DNA of 63,924 nt, counting the filler, from Lenisia limosa (taxonomy: Eukaryota > Protista > Breviatea): the NCBI GenBank assembly GCA_001655205.1. It is 18 parts of 18 records of this genome, joined end to end, with 100 filler letters (N's around TTAATTAATTAA, not from the genome) between each part and the next. Parts side by side here need not be neighbours in the genome. Positions count along the whole stretch, not along the records: positions 1 to 3,323 come from LPNZ01010568.1; positions 3,424 to 8,481 come from LPNZ01006093.1; positions 8,582 to 14,266 come from LPNZ01004799.1; 15 more parts are not named here. The stretch is one strand, 5' to 3'. The notes beneath the pieces were generated by a model that was given only the letters and a program-made list of their open reading frames with translations, was not told the DNA's origin and searched no databases. Positions 1-8,687 of this stretch are shown here, in pieces. Every line of letters begins with the position of its first letter. Position 1 is the first letter of the stretch. The translations under genes were made by a program, and so were the position numbers.

Positions 1-119
1 TAAAAATATAGATTTAATTACAATTCTATTGACATTATATATTGGTTTTTATCGGAATTTTATTAACATTTATCGACTTTTATCGATTATTGTCGGACCG
101 CACAGAAGGCCGCTGAATC

Positions 120-2804
120 TCACTCCCCAAACCTCCAATAAGCCTGGATTCTGAGGGCGGCTCGGGTCTGAATAATGTAGGTCTTGAACTCGGTCCATTT
201 ACGCCAAATGAGCGAAGCGGCGCGTACTTTGCGTCGATGATAGAGAGGTGGCAAGAGGGCTCGACGGATGAATGTAATGGCTCTGATGAATCGCCGGAAG
301 TTGTACAAGGCTCGGATAACGGATAATCTTGACAATTAGAGGATTAGACAAGTTGACAATGCTTTTAAAACATCAGAAAAAAGCCAGTCTAAATTCGTCA
401 ACATTTCCACAACCAACCTGTGACCTCGGAGACTCGCAAATAGACCCGCGCAAATCGTGATACGCCATCTTTGGCGCAGGTAAGCGCGTTTTCGCTGATG
501 CTCCAAGTGCGCCCGGAAGAGGGTCTGAATTTTTCTTGCACTGACCGTTTCTCTGGCCCGAAACATGCGGGTTCTCACTCTCAGAACGAGCACGATGGTC
601 ATGATGCGGGACTTGGCTCGGTTGAGAATGGATATCCGACGAAAGAGCTGTTGGACTACATGGGGAGTAAAAATGGACAATTTATGAAACGTATTTTCTT
701 GTCTTGATTCAATACACAACATTGTTTTTTAAAAAAGCATTAATTGCATGCAGCAAGGGGTTCGAAAAAAGACAACAGTTATTCGATCCCCCCCCCCCCC
801 TNNNNNNNNNNNNNNNNNNNNNNNNNNNNNNNNNNNNNNNNNNNNNNNNNNNNNNNNNNNNNNNNNNNNNNNNNNNNNNNNNNNNNNNNNNNNNNNNNNN
901 NNNNNNNNNNNNNNNTTTGCGCGCGGCCAGTTGACGCGCAACGCGAAGAGTGAAACTCCTCCAGGCTGCGGTGGTGAGGTAAAAAAAGAAACTATAAATC
1001 AACGGGCCAAATAAAACTTGGAATCAATTCTGTGGGCTAAGCACGAGGGTTGTACCTAACCCACCTACCCCCACCCCACCTCAGCATATAGCTAGATGAG
1101 NNNNNNNNNNNNNNNNNNNNNNNNNNNNNNNNNNNNNNNNNNNNNNNNNNNNNNNNNNNNNNNNNNNNNNNNNNNNNNNNNNNNNNNNNNNNNNNNNNNN
1201 NNNNNNNNNNNNNNNNNNNNNNNNNNNNNNNNNNNNNNNNNNNNNNNNNNNNNNNNNNNNNNNNNNNNNNNNNNNNNNNNNNNNNNNNNNNNNNNNNTGT
1301 CAATAGATGATATATACCCACTTGTTCGTAATTGTTAAGAACTTTGGGTTATCTCAAGCTTTTGTTTCTCTTTTGTCTCCCGAATCAAAAACAACATTAT
1401 ATTCCCTAAACACCAGAGACACCCCCAGTATACCCTGCTGTATAACGCACGCTGCGTTGCGTGAGCGAATTTGGCGGGCCCGCGTCACAAAAGTGCGCGA
1501 AATACGCCAAACAGTCGCGAAAAGAAAGGACGCGGCTCGGATGACAGTCACATGGTGGGAGAGTTTCTTGACTGAAGAGTCAGAATTCGGAATAAAAGAT
1601 CTAAAAACGGTGGCTGTGTTTTTAGCTTGTACAAGTCACAACAAACAATCCATCCCCACGATAGCATGTGAAGAGCGCATGCGTAATAGCGATACGCCAT
1701 CTTCGGCGCGCAACGCAACGCCCAAGGTACGCGCGATATGCTGGGGGGAGGGGAGTAATAAGCTTTTGATTTTTTTTTTTTGAAAAAAATGGGGTAATAC
1801 ATATTTAAGCTGGAGATACTGTCCCCCTAATATGATATATTTTCTCCCCTTCTAATAGTATATCATAGTTTATGATATAACTAGGGCTTCGATTCGGTTC
1901 GAAAATGACCGGGCAAAATTTCGATAGTTTTCGAGGATTTATCGAGAAACCCAGTCTTTTTTCGAATCGAAATGAATCCCTAAGCATACCAAATACTATC
2001 AGTCTTTTTTTGTAACTCATATATATTATCAACACATTGAAGGGTTTGAGGCCTTTACCGACACAGTTGATTTCAGAGAATAAAACAACAAGCAAGAAAG
2101 CTTAAAAGTATGATAACCCCATTGGCCACCTTTTTGAATGGTTCGAACAGCTCGGAGAGTTCTAATACGCCTGCTGGTCCTGACAACCTGGGGGGGGGGG
2201 TAAAATTGGATAATTTACTACATAATCACCATCACATACCCCTTGTGCTTCAATTCAGTTCAAAAATCCATTAAAATATCGATAGTTTTCGAGAATTTAT
2301 CGAGAATTCATGTCATTTTTCGAACCGAAGTGAAGCACATACCCCACATTAAAGTAACCCTTATCTCTTTACCCCCCACCCCCACCACACACATACATAC
2401 ATGTACAATAATCCAATATCCTTAGTCCCCATATACCCAATAACAAGAACCACCCCTCACAGTCTTCTGTAATAGCACCACCATTCTGGTAAACTTTCGG
2501 AGGGAGTAGAGCGCTCGAATCCTGGTCAACAGTTTTCGATCTGATGGAGGATGTCAAGTCAGTTATATGTATATGTATCTTTGAACAGTGTACCTTAGAA
2601 AAATGTATCGTATGTACCTTATATTGATTAACATACCCTCTTCTATATGATATTCTTTTTAAATACCTTTTAGCAACACCCCTCCTTCACATACGCTTGA
2701 CAAGAGCTAGGGCCTTGAATATGGATATACGCCATTTTCTTCGAGTGGCCTTCCTCTCCAAATGATGGCGGAAAGCTGCGGAGTGAAATAAAAAAACGAT
2801 GCAA

Positions 2805-2866
<62 letters not shown>

Positions 2867-3172
2867 CCTACCATCATCATCATCACCAACCCTTCTGTAT
2901 AGACTTTGCTGCAATAGTGTGTCGAGCACTTCGGAGCCATTTTCGCCCCTGAAGTGCGTTAGATTGACTAAGGCGCATTACCTTGCTATTCTCAGTGGTA
3001 TTTGACAATCCCAACTTGTTACTAATAAGAATCCCAAGCCCTTGATAGTCGTAACCACCATTACCCCCCCCGCCCAACGTTTTTATAATAATATCCCCTT
3101 CCCTCCCACCACTACAGCTACATTGTACCAGGTTCGGACCGCCCGCCTGAATTGGTACCGTAACTGCACCTG
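120..3172 (-). CDS. Multi-IQ-motif basic protein (partial, multi-exon)
   Basis: Spliced exons give repeated IQ motifs: AAKSIQKAFRHHL, VRTIQKAYRAYLGR, ACVIQQAWRSF, ARKIQTLFRAHL, ALRIQAYW. GT-AG introns in compatible phases, including a 46-nt intron near 1610-1660. Confidence 0.7.
1882..1982. mobile_element. hAT-type MITE copy
   Basis: Same TIRs and core. Other copies in the first scaffolds: 2243-2340, 3823-3912, 4346-4445, 7248-7336. Confidence 0.8.
2802..2886. repeat. (CAT)n microsatellite, intronic
   Basis: More than 20 CAT units in an IQ-gene intron; a similar mixed (TGA/TGG)n tract lies at 11780-11950. Confidence 0.95.
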
Positions 3173-3199
3173 CTGAAAGAGGGAGAGCACTGGGAGGAG

Positions 3200-3323
3200 T
3201 GAAACGAAGGCAATTTAGATGAATAATTTTGGCGTAAAGGTACTAATCACAAACTAAATAATCTGAAACCCCAAATCAACAATATATAGCAATGAGAAAT
3301 AAAAAAACAAGGTTGCGTCTGGC
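3200..3323 (-). mobile_element. Family B middle and 3' part
   Basis: Links the GCCAGATACAACCTTG segment to GATTAGTACCTTTACGCCAATATTCTTCATAGAATTTTCC..TTTTACCCCC; 3' parts also at 3505-3600 and 4840-4916, each ending close to an acceptor. Confidence 0.7.
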
Positions 3324-3423
3324 NNNNNNNNNNNNNNNNNNNNNNNNNNNNNNNNNNNNNNNNNNNNTTAATTAATTAANNNNNNNNNNNNNNNNNNNNN
3401 NNNNNNNNNNNNNNNNNNNNNNN

Positions 3424-5707
3424 TCTTTTGGCTCGGCGTTAGTGACCTTCAACATCCGGCCCGCTATTTCGAGGTTATCCAAACGGCGGCGGACTGCGGG
3501 AGGGGGGGTAAAACGAAGGAAAATTCTATGAAGAATATTGGCGTATAGGTACTAATCAAGAACGAATAATCGGAAACTCCAAAAAACAAAACAAAAAAGA
3601 AACAATAACAAACACGAGCAACCAGCGCTAAAACTAGACAAAACCAGATGACAAAACACAACGTTTAATAATAAAACAACAACAACCCGTATGCTCACCA
3701 TCCTCGCAGGTCTTAGGGTCAGCAAGTTCCACAAAACAAAAACCACGGTGGAATTCGGGGTTAGTTTTATCCTGGGGGGTGAGAGGGCTTCTCTATTTGT
3801 GAAAATAGGAATAGGTTAAGAGTAGGGCTTCACGTCAGTTCCAAAAAACCCGGTAAAATATCGATAATTTATAGTCAAATTTAGTCTTTTTTCGAACCGA
3901 AGTGAATCCCTGCAAACAATAATTAAACTACTTGAATCCACCCCCCCCCCCCNNNNNNNNNNNNNNNNNNNNNNNNNNNNNNNNNNNNNNNNNNNNNNNN
4001 NNNNNNNNNNNNNNNNNNNNNNNNNNNNNNNNNNNNNNNNNNNNNNNNNNNNNNNNNNNNNNNNNNNNNNNNATGATATGCATAATATGGAAATAAAGCT
4101 TGGTTCCACAGAATCTTTGAAAAATCTCGCACATTCTTCTTTGGACAAAAGGAATGGCAAACGGTAAAATCCATGTTTTAAAGTAAATCTATTATTTTCA
4201 TGGTAAATTCTTATTTTTAACGAAAAGTACCCACAATGCACCCAAGGTCTTTTTCGGAATAAATACCCATAATATAAAGGTAAGTATCCATTTTATTATC
4301 TATAGCACACCTAATACACAGTTAAATGATTACAATATAGCTATGTAGGGCTTCACAACGGTAAGAAAAAGACCGATGAAATATCGATATTTATCGTGAA
4401 TTTATCGACATATTCAGTATTTTTTGGGACCGTAGGGAAGGCCTAAATGATATGTATGATGTTGCCTGTCTCCATGAAGGCCTTGCCAAGCCTACCTGCT
4501 CGAGGTCCAAGTTCTTAGAAAGGTTACCGATGAAAAGCCTGTTCCGAGAGTCAGCCTTGACCACGCGGATGGTGCGACCCTGAAAGGGGGTAAAATTGGA
4601 AATTTATGAAACAAAAAAGCCCAAATCAACTCTGTGGGCTGACAACATACGAGGTTCGATAACAACAAAGCAAACATTTATGAAACAAGTAAAATAGGAA
4701 GCAATCTGCAACCCCTGACCTTGATTTCGGTGCCGTTGAAACGGTCGATTGCTTTCCGTACGGTTTCCTTGTCCTTGTAGCACACAAACATGAAGCCTTT
4801 GCTTTCATTCGTGTCGTTGAAGGTCGGAAAACGAGTCTAGGGGGGGGGGTAAAAAAAAGGGGAACTTCGATGAAGAATATTGGCGTAAAGGTACTCATCA
4901 TGAACCGAATAATCCGGGGGGGATTGGAATATTCATGAAACAAAAAAAGCCTAAATCAATTCTGTTGGCTGACAATATATGAGGGTTGCTAACAACAAAA
5001 TAAACAAGGCCCAGGCCAGTCGTTTCCGCACCACATCCCGTCACGGGCGAGGGGGAGGGGGGGTAAAATACTGTTTTTGAATTAATAGGCCAAAGAGAGA
5101 AATAAAACCCTGAGATAGACAACAAAAAGTTTCAAACAGTTATGAACCAGTGAGAGGGGGCAAACGAAAGAACAAACAAACAAAAAAGAAGAGGAAGAAT
5201 TTAATCAGTTATATGAGGGTTGAAAACAACAAAACTAAGCAGAGTTAACCAATCCAGAGTTAAAGGAACTTAAATAAATGGTCAAATTGCAGGTACACTG
5301 TCTAAACCACACAGATAGATAAAATATTCGCAGAAAAAGAAAGTATCTTATTGGAACTTGAGAAACGCAAAGGATTCACAATGGAGGGGAAGGATCAACA
5401 GAGGAACGCCGTTGCTCCGCTTACCGAATAGATTTCACCGACGGAACTGAAATGTTCTTCCATCTCAGCCTGGGTTACGGAGCGAGGGAGAGCTCCAACG
5501 AAGACTTCCGCACCAATGGGAGGGAGGTCTATCGTGACTTCTTTCTACGTGTGGTTACAGTTTTTCTGGCATATTGTGTTGTACCTTGGGGATTTCCTCA
5601 AAGCTTGGGGTCTCCTCAGCCTCGTTTGTCTGTTCTACATCGCTGGCTTCTTTTTGGGCCTGTTCCTCAACCTGAGGCTCTTGCAATTCTTCTTGGTGGT
5701 CTTCCAT
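3424..5707 (-). CDS. hnRNP Q/R (SYNCRIP)-like multi-RRM protein, 3' truncated
   Basis: ATG at 5707, acidic N-terminus, then LPPIGAEVFVGALPRSV (RNP2), ESKGFMFVCY (RNP1), SRNRLFIGNL and FHRGFCFVEL, matching the RRM1-RRM2 layout of the hnRNP R/Q family. Confidence 0.8.
4586..5045 (-). mobile_element. Family A copies (4586-4676, 4917-5045)
   Basis: Both lie in hnRNP Q/R-like introns, sense to the gene. Other minus-strand copies: 975-1070, 8582-8602, 11402-11497, 23490-23574, 36558-36662. Confidence 0.75.
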
Positions 5708-5969
5708 TGTGATAGCTCCGTCAGTATCGCTTAATCTGAACGAGAAAATTAAAGTTACCTGACTCTGAGCGTACCTAATGCTTTGCAATGAAGTGAAGTA
5801 GTACAATTATTAAAACACAAGGGAAAAAGTGGGAGAACTGTGGGAGAATTCGCCAAAAATTTTTTCACTAAAAGTGATTAGTTCTGATTGGTTTTGCCTT
5901 TTTTATTGGGGATTCATGTAAAAAAAACTAATCCTGTTTTCACGGTAGTATAGCTTTTACAGAGATATT

Positions 5970-8453
5970 ATGGCAGACCGTGGCTTTAGAAGGAACACCA
6001 GTCGTGATGGTCCATACTCCAGAGGTGGCAGAGGAGGCCGCGGGCGTGGTGGAGGACGTGGTCGTGGAGCACCAAGAGGAAGAGGCCGCGGAAGGCCAAC
6101 TGGTAGGCGGTGGGCACTACTCTTGGCTCTCAGGCTCTCTTCCAGGCCTTCTACCACGGCTATAACACCATATAATGCTGAAAACTTCTTAATACCAGCT
6201 CTATAGTTCTTAATTGTATTGACACGTCAGGTGGTCCTTCCCAGGAAGAGGAAACGATCAACAGAATCCGCAGTCGCCTTTCAGCTGCCGGAGAGTCATC
6301 AGAGGACGTCACTCTCAAGCAGCAGCTTATTAATGTTTGTGATGGAGCACTTGGATTAGGATGATCGTTTATGTTATTTTGTTCATGAAGATAATATTCT
6401 TTGGCTTAATTGGGCTATGTTTGCATATTGAGGGAACTGCTTGGTATTAAAGAACTGAAATTGTAATTCTGGAATGTGTTTTCAGACAGATTGATGTCCN
6501 NNNNNNNNNNNNNNNNNNNNNNNNNNNNNNNNNNNNNNNNNNNNNNNNNNNNNNNNNNNNNNNNNNNNNNNNNNNNNNNNNNNNNNNNNNNNNNNNNNNN
6601 NNNNNNNNNNNNNNNNNNNNNNNNNNNNNNNNNNNNNNNNNNNNNNNNNNNNNNNNNNNNNNNNNNNNNNNNNNNNNNNNNNNNNNNNNNNNNNNNNNNN
6701 NNNNNNNNNNNNNNNNNNNNNNNNNNNNNNNNNNNNNNNNNNNNNNNNNNNNNNNNNNNNNNNNNNNNNNNNNNNNNNNNNNNNNNNNNNNATATCAAAA
6801 CCTACCCCATTCCTTTCTTAGAGTCTCTCATGACTTGGTGGGTTGACGTGGCTCTCAGTTTTTTTTATCTGACTTGTTTGTTTTGGGTTTTTATTTGAGT
6901 TTTTTTCTTGTGAGTTGTATCCCACACCGTCTTGTAAGAGATATTTATTGATTCACAAAAATAATAATAAAAAGAGGATAGTTTATTAATGTGTGTTTAA
7001 ATAAGCGATTAAGCCCTTCATGTGTATAATAGATGAGCAATAAGGTTATTAGGCTGAGGCCGTCCACACTATCACGCGTAAAAAAGACATTGGATTATGG
7101 TATAGTGATAATTTACCAACTCATCATGATTTATAACTTCTGTAACCTCTGTCCGCAGTGTTGTGACATTGCCGGTTAAGGCTGGTATTTACGCCACCCT
7201 CGTTGCCCTATGGAGCACTAAACAGGAAGATTTTGGTGGGTGGGGGGTTGAGCTTCCCTAGGTTCGAAAAATACCGTCAAAATACCGAGCGTTTTGGAGG
7301 ACATTCAGTCTTTTTTCGAACCGATGTAAAGCCCTAGTGGGGGTCGATATCATTTTGGTGATCTACATTCTCTCACCCCTGGTATATCCTTAGACCCTCC
7401 CCGTTCCCCCCATACACGCTGAAAATAACCTCATAATTGTTGAGCTACATCTATAAGGAAGGATAATTATAAGCTTATGTTATTCATTGGAGTGATGGAA
7501 TGCGGGGCTGCAGAAGCGACTGACCTGGGCTTTGCTTGTTTTGTTGTTATCAACCCCCGTGTGTTGCCAGCCAACAGAGTTGATTTTGGGCTTTTTTGTT
7601 TTGTTCATACACTGTCGAATTCCCCCCCCCCCCCNNNNNNNNNNNNNNNNNNNNNNNNNNNNNNNNNNNNNNNNNNNNNNNNNNNNNNNNNNNNNNNNNN
7701 NNNNNNNNNNNNNNNNNNNNNNNNNNNNNNNNNNNNNNNNNCCGCGGCAAATGCAAGTTGATTGTGGGGGGGGGGGTGATTGTTGGTGTAATATGTAGGG
7801 ATTCCCTACGATCCGAAAAAGACTTTTTAAATCTCGTATTTATCAGGATTTATTGAGAAATTTGGTCTTTTTGTGGGACCGTAGAGAAGCCCTAGTATTA
7901 TGTAACATTTTTAGTAGTAATTACCAATTAGTAGTACTTACCATATTTAGTACTTACATTTTTAGGTTCGCTTTATTGGTGAGCTTTTCAACGCTGGTGT
8001 TGTTTCCTCCGGATCTTTCTTAAAGCTTCTTGAGGCTTTCCTGGCACAGGTTTGGGGGAGGGGTGTATTGCACAGGTATGATCATCATTAGTGGATATTG
8101 GGTTAATGTTAATCGAATGATAGTGAAGCCATCTGTTGTTTTGGGAAATTGGTTGACAAAATTTGAAATTCAACTGTCTGAAATGTACTCTTGGTTGCAG
8201 TAGGCCCCACTTCAAAGTTTATTATTAATTTTTCAATTCATTGCACGGAGTCGAATAGGAGCTCTTCTTTTCATTTGCAAAGGAGATCTTAAGTTCCAAA
8301 ACTGTGTTTTTCTTCAGATAATATGATATGATTATTTCCTAATAAGGCAAGTTTTCATCCTGAAAACTAATATTTCTTCAGTGCGAAGAACCCAACGGGC
8401 CGCAGTCACGTGCTGATTTCTTCGCCACACTTGTCATCATGTGCATCCCATGG
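5970..8453 (+). CDS. NCBP1: Nuclear cap-binding protein subunit 1 (CBP80), 3' truncated
   Basis: Exons VVTLPVKAGIYATLVALWSTKQEDFG, VRFIGELFNAGVV and PQSRADFFATLVIMCIPW align colinearly with CBP80 (LPEKLTIYTTLVGLLN; VRFLSDLVN; PQVRRDWYVYAFLSSLPW). Confidence 0.8.
7497..7634 (+). mobile_element. Intron-3'-end repeat family A (non-TIR, SINE-like), near full length
   Basis: GG(G/A)ATGCGGGGCTGCAGAAGCGACTG(G/A)CCTGGGCTTTG...GTTGTCAGCCAACAGAGTTGATTTTGGGCTTTTTTGTTTCATAAATTTTCCAATTTTACCCCCC consensus; here inside a CBP80 intron and ending in a C-run. Confidence 0.75.
7796..7894. mobile_element. hAT-type MITE, B-type ends
   Basis: TAGGG...CCCTA termini with about 20-bp TIR; flanks GTAATATG / GTATTATG (7/8 match, 8-bp TSD). 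Confidence 0.85.
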
Positions 8454-8687
8454 GTTAGTGGAGGGGGGGGGGGATCCTGGGNNNNNNNNNNNNNNNNNNN
8501 NNNNNNNNNNNNNNNNNNNNNNNNNTTAATTAATTAANNNNNNNNNNNNNNNNNNNNNNNNNNNNNNNNNNNNNNNNNNNNGCTTCTGCAGCCCCGCATC
8601 CCAACAGGTAGACAAAAATGGAAATAAAAGGAAGGGGGTTGGGGGAGTAAGAACCACCTTCCCCCACACATCTAACCTCCCCCCCAC

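Noticed and set aside
2670-3005. Poly-Met, poly-Asp and poly-His ORFs (also 11819-12019)
   Set aside because: Translations of intronic trinucleotide microsatellites.
3368-3379. Regularly recurring TTAATTAATTAA as a biological motif or PacI-site array
   Set aside because: Always centred in exactly 100 bp of N padding; it is an assembly linker.
5555-6206. Functional linkage between genes on different scaffolds
   Set aside because: Only pairs within one scaffold, like this one, are truly adjacent; order across linkers is arbitrary.
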